Shown in pieces: positions 1 through 11,395 of a stretch of DNA of 64,000 nucleotides. This DNA is from Vicugna vicugna (Eukaryota), in assembly GCA_013265495.1 (NCBI GenBank), contig MU057801.1, forward strand, positions 620,001 through 684,000, written 5' to 3'. Positions within the stretch are counted from its first letter, which is position 1, and each line of letters starts with the position of its first letter. Both the position numbers and the translations under genes were made by a program. The notes under the pieces are model-generated. The model was not told the origin of the DNA and did not search any database. It saw only the letters and a list, made by a program, of their open reading frames with translations.

Positions 1-1273
1 GTTTGCATGCATAAGAAAATCACAGAGCAAGCTGACACATTTGCAGAGTAGCACCGATTTATAGGGTCCGGCAAATAAAAAGGAGCCTCGCCTGGGGTCT
101 CGATAATCTGAGACAGAATCGCTGTGGGCAAGTCCCCGTCGCTGAGAACACCGCCGCCACCAAAACCCGAGATGTGGCCGCAGCTCCTCTAGGAGCCAGC
201 ACATGGCCGGGGTGGACAGTCAGCCGCGCTCCGCGTGCCCTGAGACACCTGGTCACGGTGAGGGGGGTCTGGGCTGTGCTGGGACCTGAGTGCCGAGGTC
301 CATGGGCACCTCTGCCCGCCACGTACATGGTTCCGGTGTCTGCAGCCGCGGTTAAGAGAAAGCAGGGCCACGGAGGAGAGAGATGAGGCAGGCAAAGCGA
401 GGCCCGCCTGCCAGCATCTGTTGGTGCCTGGTGGGCCGGGAGAGGAGATGCAGCCAGACTTGCAGGGGGCGGCGAAGGCGGATGGTGGGAGATCTTCTCT
501 GGCTCTGCGCTAAGCAGTTTTACTCCACGGCCCGTGGGCCATGTGTTTGATCTCATTTGACAGGTGGGAAAGCGGAAGCACCTGGATACACCTGTGAACC
601 CTGCCCACCACCACCACACCGGACCCCCGCCCACCAGCCTCAGTCGGCATCAGTGGCCTGATGCCCCCACCAGGCACTACCCTCAGCTGCCTGCATCCGT
701 GGAGGAGGAGAAGTGGGGTGAGGCCGGGGTGCCGGGCTCTGCCCTACTGGCAGGCTAGTCACCAACGTTCTCATCCGGCAATGTGGACATGGGTCAGGTT
801 TCTAGACCTCCTTCCCAGACCACATCCTTCTCCTGGGGGGTGCCCCTCACTCTACCAGGTCACCTCAGGTGGACATCCTGCAGGTGGAACAGCACAGGGG
901 ACCCTGTAGAGCTCCCTCAGAGGCGGGGTTTCCTTTGAGCTCTAGAGAAAACTGCCCTCCAGACCACAGGGATGGAGAACACAGTGGGTGCCCGAGGGGG
1001 CCTGCCGGGCAGCAGTGCACCTGGACACTGGACAATCGTCTCCCCAGCTGCCCCCTGGCTGCCCTGGGAGGTGCCCAGCGTCTGGACGGCTCAGGACCTC
1101 AGCCAAGCCGAGAGGCCAACAGCATTAACTTCCTCGTGAAAGAGCGTCTGAAATTAACAATGTTTAAAATCCCTCCTTTGCCTAAATCTTTTTTTTTTTT
1201 AATTAACTTTGGAAAGTGGACCTTAGGCTGGAGACAGGTGGGGAGACTACTGTGGTTTTTTTTTTTCTTTTTT

Positions 1274-1460
1274 GGCAAGTTTCTTCTGTGTAGCACAGGG
1301 AACTGTATTCAATACCTTGTAATAACCTTTAATGACTTTCAAAGAAAAACAACCTTTAATGAAAAAGAATAAGAAAAGGAATGCATGTGTGTATATGCAT
1401 GACCGGGACACTGTGCTGTACACGAGAAACTGACACAATATCGTAAACTGACTGCACTTT
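1274..1460 (+). mobile_element. L1 3'-end fragment (cetartiodactyl type)
   Basis: tagcacagggaactgtattcaataccttgtaataacc…ctgtgctgtacac…taaactgactgcactt resembles the L1 tails at 11200-11360 and 41770-41930. It has an internal 12-bp duplication, aacctttaatga (1324-1335 and 1351-1362). Confidence 0.85.
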
Positions 1461-1500
1461 TCCTAAATCTTGATCTCAGGATTTAAGGCTTAAACGACTA

Positions 1501-1599
1501 GGGGGAGGGTATAGCACAGCAGTGAGGCGCATGCTTAACGCGCAGGAGGTCCCGGGTTCAATTCCCAGTATCTCCATTAAAAAAATTTTTTTTAAAAAA
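1501..1599 (+). mobile_element. vic-1-like tRNA(Ala)-derived camelid SINE
   Basis: GGGGAGGGTATAGC…gcgcatgcttaacgcgcaggaggtcccGGGTTCAATTCCcagtatctcca followed by an A-tail; B box intact; homologous to the copies at 22000-22087 and 48019-48152. Confidence 0.85.
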
Positions 1600-1818
1600 G
1601 ACTCAAATGATCGATGGCTTGTCACGTATTTCTTTACCCAGTTTGTGCAACACTGGACACTGCAGATCAACTACAGCTGCAGCTTAAGGAGAGCAACCCC
1701 AAGGCTGTGTCCGGAGGAAAGCGGTCTCCGCACGGGTCGCACCACGGCTTTCAATCTGTCCTAAGGGAGCCTCCCCTCCAACCTGGGCAGCAAGAAGGGT
1801 CCCCAGGGAGGCCCTTAC

Positions 1819-1974
1819 CTTTTTGGTGAGCGAGTCATCCGAGTCGGAGGGCATCCGAGTGGAAACGTGGAAGATCACCTCCACGGTCGAGGTAGCGTAG
1901 TAGGGGGCCGTCTGGCCGGTGCTGCCGTTGCGCTGCAGGCCGCCCATGAAGCCGCAGTGGGTGGACAGGTCCAC
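1819..1974 (-). CDS. RALGAPA2: RALGAPA2 exon, 156 nt, GAP domain: [52 protein letters not shown]
   Basis: Acceptor tgtcccatcag|GTG; donor AAG|gtaagg; FHVSTRMP motif. The exon ends just before the catalytic 'LRHLGND' Asn-thumb helix, which I do not find in 1-1818, so it should lie left of the window. Confidence 0.97.
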
Positions 1975-2228
1975 CTGATGGGACACAGCAGGGGGAGGGC
2001 AGTCAGGCTCGAGCTCATCTCACTCACCATAAGGAAGGTACGCTTTTTTTTTTAAGAATCTAAGTATTTTAATTTTCATAGCTTTATGATTACAAACAGA
2101 TGTAATACAAAATTAGATGAAATTAAAATATGAAAGAAACATTAACAACGAAAGGGCCAAAATCCTACCAATTTAAGAAAACTGCTATCAAAAGTTTGGT
2201 ACAAATTTCTCCAACTTTACCCCCTCCT

Positions 2229-2251
2229 CTGTGTGTGTGTGTGTGTGTGTG
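2229..2251. repeat. (TG)n microsatellite
   Basis: Direct dinucleotide run. Confidence 0.9.
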
Positions 2252-2342
2252 CGCGCACATGCGCACACACAGAACTTCCCTACTGATGGATGTGTGGGGT
2301 TTTCTGCTTTCTCAAACAGTGCTCGTGTGGTCAAACCATATG

Positions 2343-2420
2343 GTACCACCATTAAAGAAAAATAAATAAATAAAAACCTAATTCCCCCTCATTTTAAACA
2401 ATTTTAAAAATTAAAAAAAT
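2343..2420 (+). mobile_element. 5'-truncated vic-1-like SINE tail
   Basis: gtaccaccattaaagaaaaataaataaataaaaacctaattccccc resembles the 3' part of the 48019 copy (…aaaaaacctaattacctccc). Confidence 0.55.
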
Positions 2421-3318
2421 TTAAAAATATGTTAGTTGAATAAGCAGTATATTCTATGACAAATAAGTCATCCTATTAGTAAGAAGAACAGTTTATTAAA
2501 AGTGCAATAACTTTTAGACTAAAGCTACTTGCATTTTAGAGAGTGCATGGTCTTGACCTTGCTGGCCCCGCACCCTGTTCCCATCCCCACAGCAGTCTGT
2601 TTGCTCACACTCAGCCCTCAGAGAGAAGTCTCACTTAGGTGCCCAGAGAGTCTCCCCAGCACAGACAACCAAGAAACCAAAACAACAGGAATGAGAAGAG
2701 CAAGACTGCAGATGTGCTGATTTCCATTTTAGCTACTCCGAATTCTTATAGATTCCAGGAATATGTTTTGGAGACAAATATGTGTGTGTGTGTATGTATA
2801 AATGTATACATGTCTTTCTGCCAGAGTATCATTCAATAAAGGGAAAATAAAATTTTAACATATCAGCCATCCTGGGATCTAGGGACACAGGTTGATAGCC
2901 AAACCAGCATGGCTACTATTGATTCAACTTTGGGCCTCATCTAACTTCCTTTTTTCCCCCGTTAAGTCATCGGTTTCTTAGCCAGTCTCCATACTGTGAC
3001 CAAAGCCATTTCTTCCTTGCCCATATCTGTCTTCTCTCAGTACAGACTGTCTATGGCTGGTGAGTCGACCTATTTGGTTCGGATAAAAAGCAAATGAAAC
3101 AATATAAAGAGGAAAGCTAAGGAGAAACAAAAGTTTAGGTATAAAGTACGACAATAACTAATCGAAGATGTCAAATTCAGCCTATTCTTCAACTCCAGAA
3201 CTCTACCCACACCACACTGGAACGTGAAAACACGTGAAAACGTGTGCCATCAACACCTGGTTCACACCCATCCTTAAACGGCGCTGTCAACAGACTCCTC
3301 CAGAATGCAACCGATTAC

Positions 3319-3442
3319 CTCCCATCCAAGGCCGGCAACGAAGTCTTCATAAGCTTGGCTTCCTCTTTCATTGGAGAGGATGGAACACTTGTCCTCCTGA
3401 CCTTCAGCGATGTAGAACACTGCGATTTTGTGCGTTTCACGG
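3319..3442 (-). CDS. RALGAPA2: RALGAPA2 exon, 124 nt, Rap/Ran-GAP domain: (C)[41 protein letters not shown]
   Basis: Acceptor aacctttacag|C; donor GAG|gtaatc; HKIAVFY…LGWE is the typical start of a TSC2/RapGAP-family domain. Confidence 0.96.
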
Positions 3443-3660
3443 CTGTAAAGGTTTGAACGTAGAGGAGTCAGAATCCTTACGTGGAAAATCGTTTCACTGC
3501 TGCCATCCCCACTCCTGCCACTCAGCTCACATTTACTGAGACCTCACGAGGGGCCAGTCATCGCCCCACGAAGGTTCAATGTGATCTCATTTATCTCCAC
3601 CAGCACCCTAAGGAGACAAGCCTTATTGTCACCTCCCTTGTGGAGAGAGCTGAAAGGAGG

Positions 3661-3705
3661 CACAGAAAGTCGCACAGAAAGTCACACAGAAAATCACACA
3701 GAAAG
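3661..3705. repeat. 12-bp tandem repeat, about 3.7 copies (cacagaaagtca)
   Basis: cacagaaagtcg cacagaaagtca cacagaaaatca cacagaaag. Confidence 0.9.
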
Positions 3706-4738
3706 CACACGCAGCGAGCAGGGGACAGGGCCGGAGGCCGGGCAGCCTGGTTCCTGAGACCACTCGCTGACAGATGAGACACTTAACAGCATGTTAGAGC
3801 ACACGGTTTGACAAATTCTCTCCATTTTTGGTTAAAAAAAAAATCTTTGAAAGCATTTCAGATAGATCTCAGTTGTGAACAATCTAGGTGGCCACACCCA
3901 TTTCCCTTCCCACACTGAGATAAGGGAACTGTGAAATAGGCCTGGGTCAGACGAGACACCACGGACGCAACCTCCTCGAGGCAGAACACACCCGGGTCCT
4001 TCCTCTGTGAGGGGCTGCACCCGCCCCGTGCTCGGGCTGGTCTCGGCGGGCCTGATGGGGTGCACAGCTATCCGGGGAGACGTCTTGGGCCATATAAATG
4101 GCTCGTCCACTTCCTCCAGGATGGGTTTGGGGCACTTTGCTGTTAAATCAAGTAAACATGCCATGCACGTGCCTCCTAACCTGCTGGACATCCAGCATAG
4201 ACAGTCCTTGGCACACAGAAGTGGCCAAGTTAAATCTCTGTAGATTTACCATAGATACAATGACACGTTTGATTATATCAATAACTCATTCTATAAATTA
4301 TACTCTGAATTGCCAAAGCCGCTGGACCCATACCCAGTGATCTGTTAGGTTCTGGATTGTCATTCCCAGAGCACTTCCACTCTTCTCCTTGTTTCTACAG
4401 AACATTCTGAAACATCTCATAGGAAAACTAATGAGCACTTAAATAATCTGAATGTTTCTACCGTCTAATTGTTCAATATCTCAACATGTATAATCTGATG
4501 AGACATCTAGATTGGTGAAATCGGGGTTCCATATTTTAACATATTCTCCAATATTTCCTCCTGCAGGAATATTATTTTTCTACTTAATTAGCAGAATGAA
4601 TTGAAGCTCAACTAAAAAGTCATAAAAATAAATCAAGGAGGAAAGTGTGCTCCTTCTAGTCCTTTCCGTGTTCGTGTCACTCTGGAGTCTACACGTAGTG
4701 ACCATACTTGGAAGGAAAATTAGAAAACACAGAAGAAT

Positions 4739-4997
4739 AAAAAAACCCCACTAGTAGGGGTGTATGTATCTTTTTGAATTAATTCTTATTTTGCGGTTGG
4801 CTTTATTCCTTTGATAACTATGTAAGTTTAAAAAGCTAAAGCTCTAAATGTTCTTAGAAACAATAAACAGTACATATATGTAGATTTAAGAAATAAGTGC
4901 AGCATATTGTGTATATGTATTTACATGCAATACATTGTATCTGTGCAGCCAAATTGTAACTTCTGCCTAAAAAAACTGAAAAAAAAACCCCACTAGT
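4739..4997 (+). mobile_element. TSD-flanked L1-mediated retro-insert (short inverted L1 piece + unique sequence + A-tail)
   Basis: Exact 17-bp direct repeat aaaaaaaccccactagt at 4739-4755 and 4981-4997; the insert ends in an A-run. Confidence 0.75.
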
Positions 4998-5354
4998 GTT
5001 CTTTGCTTCTATGTTGAAATCATAACCCTCACCTCAGTGCAGGATGCATTTGTGCATATAAAATGAGAAACTACTCTCATGTTTTGCAACTGATTCATTC
5101 ACTCAAAATATTTATGAACGCTTTTAAAATTTATTGTGTAAAATATACCTAACATAAAAGTCACCATTCAGGCCATTTGGGAGCGTGAATGCTTTTATAC
5201 CTCGTGCTTGTGTAACAAGGTTATGAATGGCTGTGTAACATCCCATGACATTACTGTACTGGATCCAAGTCCTTGTCACCGGACACTTAGGTTGCTTCCA
5301 TTGTAAAGACCTTATCACATTATCTTTGATGAGTCCTTAAAATAAATTCATACG

Positions 5355-5390
5355 ACACACTGTAACTGACTATACTTCAATAAAAAAAAG
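5355..5390 (+). mobile_element. Very short L1 3' terminus
   Basis: acacactgtaactgactatacttcaataaaaaaaa matches the terminus of the other L1 tails in the window. Confidence 0.7.
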
Positions 5391-7171
5391 ATTTACATAA
5401 AAATCAGATTCACAGAAATGGGACCGAGGTCGCTGCCCACTTTTAAGGCTCCCGGTGCGCACTGCCCTGCCGGCAGCGGAGACGGCGGGCGAGCGGGTGT
5501 CCAGCAGGCCCTCCTGGGGCGCCCGTCTCGGTGGGACGGCTGCGGGGGGTTCTGGGTGCTGCTCTGGCAGAGACCCTGCGCCCTCACACCGTCAGAGGTC
5601 TTGTCCTCCCGTAGCCAGGGCACCGCTTCCTGCCTCGGACTGGCCCTCAAAGAGCGATAATGACCTGAGGGCTCGGATGGTAAGAGAGGTCACGATCTGT
5701 CAACTAAGAGACTGTCTCTTTCAACACGTGGGGAAAAAAATACAGTTACTCAATTTCTTTCTGCAGCTCTGTCTATATATTTAAAAGTCCTTAGTTCATT
5801 TTTCTCTGCTGTATGCACTTTACACACGTAAGACCATCTCAGGTTTATCTGAAATGTTCTTAATTTATTCTCCTTGGAAGTCCATGCTGTTTACGGCTGT
5901 AGCTGCTTCCAGGTCCTTGAGTCCTCATTAAGCCAACATGGGAGCAGAGAGCCCTCGGCCCCAGTGACTGCCTGACTGATGGAGGTGTGAGGAAAGGTGA
6001 CCTTTTGCTGTAAACTCTCATCAAATTTCACAGCCTCCGAAATGCTAGCACCACAGAGAGCCTGGGAGGACGCAGATGCTGAGTCTGGCCTTACGAGAGC
6101 CAGGCTTCTGAAATGATAATTAGCAGCGTTAACAACACTTCATACCCAGGGCCTGCAGGACCAGAGCCTGAAGAAGCAGGCAGCTGAGGACCACAGGGAC
6201 AGAAAATCAGCAACTTCCTCCGCTCCCTAAGAATGCGTCTTTCCTTCTCGTTAGGAACAGGCCAGAACAGCTCGGTATCCTGGTGCTATTGCATTAAAAA
6301 GCCAAAGAGAGAGCCACGGTTTTAACTGTCACTCTGCCGTGTGGTGGCGAGAGGCACTGACGCTGAGAAGGGGCACCCTCTTTAACTCGGCACAGCATTC
6401 ACACGTCTTTGCTGACTTCCCGGTATAAGAAGCATAGCTGCCAGACAGTCTCTGCTTTTCCTAAGGACGCGGCAAGCTGCAGCTCTGCCTTGGCAGCAGG
6501 CAGAGACGCTGATGTCAGAAATAAATGGACACATCCTGAAAGGCAGCGGAAGGACACGGTGTGGTCTCACCTGCTACCTGACCAGCACACAGACAGCCTG
6601 TATTTCTCACAGCTAAAGAGTCCCTTGCCTTTTTTTTCCCCCAAAGGAACCCTGAAAACACTCTGTACTGGAGAACAAGTGGACACCTTTGTCAGGAAGA
6701 CGCGCAGCTCGGGAGTTGGGGTTTTAAGCAAACGTCAATCCAGGGGCGGGAGACGTGCCCATCAGGTCTCCCTCCTAGGGAGCTGATTCAACTGCACCTC
6801 ATGCAACTGAAGCGCACTCACACTCAACCAACGGCCAGAAGCACACGACACCCGTGCGCCAGCGTGACACAAGGACGCGTGGCATCATTCAGCATGTGCC
6901 TGGAAAGCGAGTCGGGACCCAAGGGACTGCCTGCTCCCTACCAGGGAACAGAGGGAGAGCGAGGTGACTTTCGAGCCCTTCAGAAAAAGCCCTCACAGCA
7001 CCTCCCCAGAGAATCTGCTCTCTTCCTCCGGAGAAGATGCAGCGACAAGACCGGCAGCAGCGTGGGGAGGGGCCATGGGAGGGGGCGCCTGCAGGTTCTT
7101 CCTTGAGGTGCGCGGAGAGGGCTCCGAGAGGGGTGGAAAGAAATGGGCTTTTTAAAAACTAAAGATCAAGG

Positions 7172-7678
7172 TGACACAGGAAAATGTGGGTGCGAGAGGT
7201 AAGTTCCAGGGACGCGCCCCATCCAGCGAGGGTCCTGGGCTTCACGCAGGACAGAACTCAGTAGAGAGAAGGGAGATTTGTTCAGAGAGACGCGCAATCC
7301 ACACCGAGCACGGGCCGTCCCCGAAGGCCAGAGAGATGGACAGAGAGACAGCGACCACGAGGGGCGGGGCCTCAGTTCTCAGGGGCTGGGGAACGTCACA
7401 CGCTAACAAGTGCGAGGCTTATTCCAACTACTCTGGGGACGGGGCGGGGTTCCAGGAACTGGGCCACCACCCACTTTTGACCTGTCATGGCCAGCCTCGG
7501 AACCGTCACAGTGTTAATATATCAGGGAGCATACAGAGTAGCTCAAGGTCAACTGGAGGTCAAATCTCCCACCACTTCAGGCCTCACAGTCCACTGCGAG
7601 CTGACTCCCGCCATCCTGGTGCTAACTGCCGTGCCATTCTTTCAATGGCTGTGCCTTGCCCCCTCCCCTCCTGTCTCA
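7172..7678 (-). mobile_element. Solo LTR, ERV1 class (MER41-like, cetartiodactyl)
   Basis: TG…CA termini (tgacac…tgtctca) with an exact 4-bp TSD AAGG at 7168-7171 and 7679-7682; 507 bp. Family name and orientation are from memory. Confidence 0.8.
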
Positions 7679-8316
7679 AAGGGAGCAGGCCGTTCAAGAC
7701 TTCCGAGCACCTGCGACGTACCAAGGACTATAGCTGCATCGGACGGAGATGCTTTTGGAAGCACGCATCTCCCCAGATCAAACGCTGGTCATCAGATTAC
7801 ACTGAGGACGGATTCTGAGATGGTCCGGAAAAGGGGCAGACCTGAGAACTGACCAGCTTTGGAGAATGAGGTTTGGGGCTGAGGAGCAGCTCATGACAGC
7901 ACCCGGGTCTTAACCTCGCCAACCCTGCAGAGCCAAGACCGCGGGATGCTGGCCAGCAGGCCCATGGCACAGGTTAGGAAGTCGGGGTCAATGGCTTCAA
8001 ACTACCGGTCTGTGCGCACAGGCAGGCCGTCTGACCTGGGCAAACCCCTGACCCTCAGTGGAGCGAGAGGTGGCCGCAGAAGTGAAGTAAGAACCAGAAT
8101 CCCCTGGCTTCCATGTGCCTCAGTCAAAGGCAGAGATTAGTGGGGGCGATGACCTCATGTAAGTTTATTCCTCAGGGCGAAAACACCAACGGCGCGGTCT
8201 GTGACAGGGCGCCGGCTCCCGGACCTGTGTTGGGGGCGTGCTCGGCACCCGTGTCTGGGGGCCCCGCACACGCGCACACAGACAAGGACAGGGTGGTTGG
8301 GCATACTTCCACGTAC

Positions 8317-8388
8317 CACTGTCGGGAGTCCAGATTTTTCAGCTCTCTCAGTAATTTTGAATTTTTCTTCAACAGATGGAAATTTTTC
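8317..8388 (-). CDS. RALGAPA2: RALGAPA2 exon, 72 nt: (R)[23 protein letters not shown](C)
   Basis: Acceptor ctttctatacag|G; donor AGTG|gtacgt; phase 2-2. Confidence 0.95.
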
Positions 8389-8914
8389 CTGTATAGAAAG
8401 AGAGGTGGAAGAAAAGTCGTGTCGTCACAGATCGGCTTTGCCCTTTCCAATCGACTAACAAACCTACCTGTTCATCCGTCCCTCCATCCACCCATCCATA
8501 ACACCTCATTCATAAAAGAGTTGTGACCCAAGCCTCCAGAATGAATTTCGTTCTTAAGGTAGTCAAAGACATCACAGTTCCACTGCGCCCCTCCGGTCCA
8601 GGGACTCTGGGTGGCCCTGGCACACGGCTGTGTGACCTGTGTGCCTGTCTGCACCTGTTTTCACTGCTGGCTCTGCTGTGAGACCCTTTTCCTCACCTCC
8701 GTAGCTCAGACCCGCCCCTTCCACAGGGTCCTCCCCATCGCCCCGCACTTCCCAGTGGGCTGAACCCTCAAGTCACAGCATCTTTCATCAGAGGTGTACA
8801 GAGCCTGCTGCCCCCACCAGCGCTAAGGACAGACGGTGGCTTATTCCATCTTTGTCGTCCATCTGCATTTTTCCCAAAGGCAGAAGGAACAATGGACACA
8901 CAGCCATAATTAAA

Positions 8915-8916
<2 letters not shown>

Positions 8917-8951
<35 letters not shown>
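8917..8951. repeat. (CA)n microsatellite, about 17 units
   Basis: Direct dinucleotide run. Confidence 0.95.
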
Positions 8952-8953
<2 letters not shown>

Positions 8954-9188
8954 GTAAATGTTTGATACCCTTAAAAGTACACAGCAGATGCCTGGAATTC
9001 AATCTGTGCATCAGTACAGCACAGTTAGCCAAATTCCTAGCTTTAATTTAGCATAAAATAAGCTCTCAGCGCTGAAGCAGAGAAAAATCTCCACTTCTGC
9101 TCTCTGCTTCCCAGACCCCAAACTGATGTAAAGAACAAGCCCACAAAAATTGCGATGAAATAACCAAAGGTCTAGAGGCGGCCATTAC

Positions 9189-9960
9189 CTTCTGTCCCAA
9201 GAATTCATTCCCAAGTCGTCAAGCAACAGCCTGCAGAAGTAGAAGGCCCCCCGGGGCCCCACGGCGGGCGGCTGCTCCTGGCTGGGGACTCTCATGGCGG
9301 AGCTGGAGTTGCATCTCCGGACGTACTCGTCCTCCTGGGCGTTCTGGCGCAAGATGGCCTCGATGATTTCCTTCTCTTGGTCACGGCTCATCCCACACGG
9401 GGGTGGGGAAGGCTCGTTGAGATTTAGCTGTGACGGTAAAAGGCATTCAGGGCTCGTGTGACCAATGTTTTCCAGCAGCTGGTCGAGGACATCCTCTCCC
9501 TCCTCTGCCTGAGAAAGCTCCTTCTGAGGTCCGGAGGCTGGATGAGGCCAGCCAGAGATCGGGAGAGAGGGGCTTCTGCCCTCGCGTGCAGAGCAGCCTT
9601 GCAGAGGGCCGTAGAGCAGCTTCCCATCCCAAGAGTACTTCCCTGAGACGTCCCTCACGATGACCCGCACGTCGGAGAGGGCGCCCGCTGGCGAGCCGCC
9701 CGCAGGACCATCCGCGGGCGTCTGCAGGCAGGAGATGAGGGTGCTGTCGTTGAACACGAACAGCTGCAGGCCGGGGCTCCTGAACACGTCGGGGGAGAGC
9801 TCGGCCGCGCCGGCGTGCGCGTTGTCGTGGTTCTCGCTGACCAGGCTGTGCAGCACGGCCGGGCCCCCGCGGAGCGGGAAGTGGCCCAGGTGGTTGACCA
9901 GGTGCGCCATCACCATGCGGGCCGTCAGCGGGATCAGCTCCAGACTCCTCCTCTTCCTCT
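9189..9960 (-). CDS. RALGAPA2: RALGAPA2 large exon, 772 nt: (E)[28 protein letters not shown]…[18 protein letters not shown](R)
   Basis: Acceptor ctccctccgccggcag|AG; donor AGAAG|gtaatg; phase 1-2; within ORF 9185..10018. Confidence 0.97.
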
Positions 9961-10417
9961 CTGCCGGCGGAGGGAGCATGCAGAGACAGGGGGAGGGGAG
10001 GTTACAAGCGAGCAGCACCAGCTCTCAGCCTGCCCTTGGGGTTCGAGGATTTCAGTCTGGGGACTCTTTTTGCCTCTTTTTTCTTTTTCTTTTTTTTTTG
10101 ACATGAATTCTACTGGAATGTAAAAGTGCAATTTAAATAGACTGCTGAAAGAACCCACTTACATGAAAACTTCATTCTGACAGGGACACTGAAAAATGTG
10201 TAGCTATAGCAATAAACCAGAGAAAGATCCCGGTCCTCAAGGAGCCAATGGCTCGAGGATCTCCGGGGGGAGGATGTGCAGCTCGAGGGGACGGCAGAGC
10301 TGGGGTGGGGGGTGTGGGACCAGGCCAGGGAGGTGGCCTCACTTCCCTCCGCGCAGAAAGGGAGACACTGATATAACGGAATGAATCAAGCCATTGACTA
10401 CTTAAAAATACTTGAAG

Positions 10418-11395
10418 CTTCTTCAGGAACTTCCATACTGTTCTCCATAAACTGGCTGCACAACTTACATTCCCAGCAGCAGTGCAGGAGGGCTCCCTTC
10501 TCCACAGCCTCTCCAGCAATTATTTGTGGACTTTTTGATGATGACCATTCTGACTGGTGTGAGGTGATACCTCATTGTAGTTTTATTTGCATTTCTCTAA
10601 TAACTAGTGATATTGAATATCTTTTCATGTGCCTGTTGGCCACCTGAATGTCTTTGGAGAAATGTCTATTTAGATCTTCTGCCCATGTTTTGATTGGGTT
10701 GCTGTGTTTTTACATATATACAGAGATTCCTTAAAAAACAAAAAATAAAGTTACCATATGATCCAGCAATCCCACTCCTGGGCATATATCCAGAGAAAAC
10801 TCTAATTTGAAAAGATACATACACCTCAATGTTCATAGCAGCACTGCTTACAATAGCCCAGACATGGACGCAACCTAAGTGCTCATCAACAGATGACTGG
10901 ATAAAGAAAATATGGTATATACATACAATGGAATATCAGCCATGAAAAGTAAGAAAATAATGCCATCTGCAGCAACATAGGTGGACCTGGAGATGATCAT
11001 ACGAAGTGAAGTCAGTCAAAGACAAATACATATTGCTTATATGTGGAATCGAAAAAAATGAACAGTGCAAATGAACTTATTTACAAAACAGAAACAGACT
11101 CACAGACATGGAAAGCAAATGTATGGTTTCCAAAGCAGAAAGGGTGAAGGAGGGATAAATTAGGAGTTTGGGATTAACAGATATAAAATAGATAACCAAC
11201 AAGGGCCTGCTGTGGAGCACAGGGAACTATATTCAATGTCTCGTAATAACCTATAGTGGAAAAGAATCTGATAAAGAACAGATTTATATATAAATATATA
11301 AAACCGAATCACTTTGCTCTACTGAAACTAACACTACATTGTAAAGCAACTATACTTCAATTAAGAAATGGTAAAAATTAAAAAAATAAAAAATT
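10418..11395 (+). mobile_element. 5'-inverted L1 (antisense ORF2 3' segment ~10418-10705 followed by a sense 3' segment ~10722-11395)
   Basis: The left part reads as antisense L1 ORF2 (gtgaggtgatacctcattgtagttttatttgcatttctc…ggagaaatgtctatttag). The right part is sense (ccatatgatccagcaatcccactcctggg…tatacttcaatt + A-rich tail). Confidence 0.9.

Noticed and set aside
59..634. 191-aa minus-strand ORF as the next RALGAPA2 exon
   Set aside because: It lacks the expected LRHLGNDEVHIVW continuation; a chance ORF in GC-rich intron.
1501..1577. Apparent tRNA-Ala gene (also at 22000-22087 and 48019-48090)
   Set aside because: Disrupted stems and anticodon, A-rich tails, a TSD on one copy and several diverged copies indicate a tRNA-derived SINE rather than a tRNA gene.
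7171..7818. 215-aa plus-strand ORF
   Set aside because: It runs through a solo LTR, starts at a GTG and has no recognisable domain.
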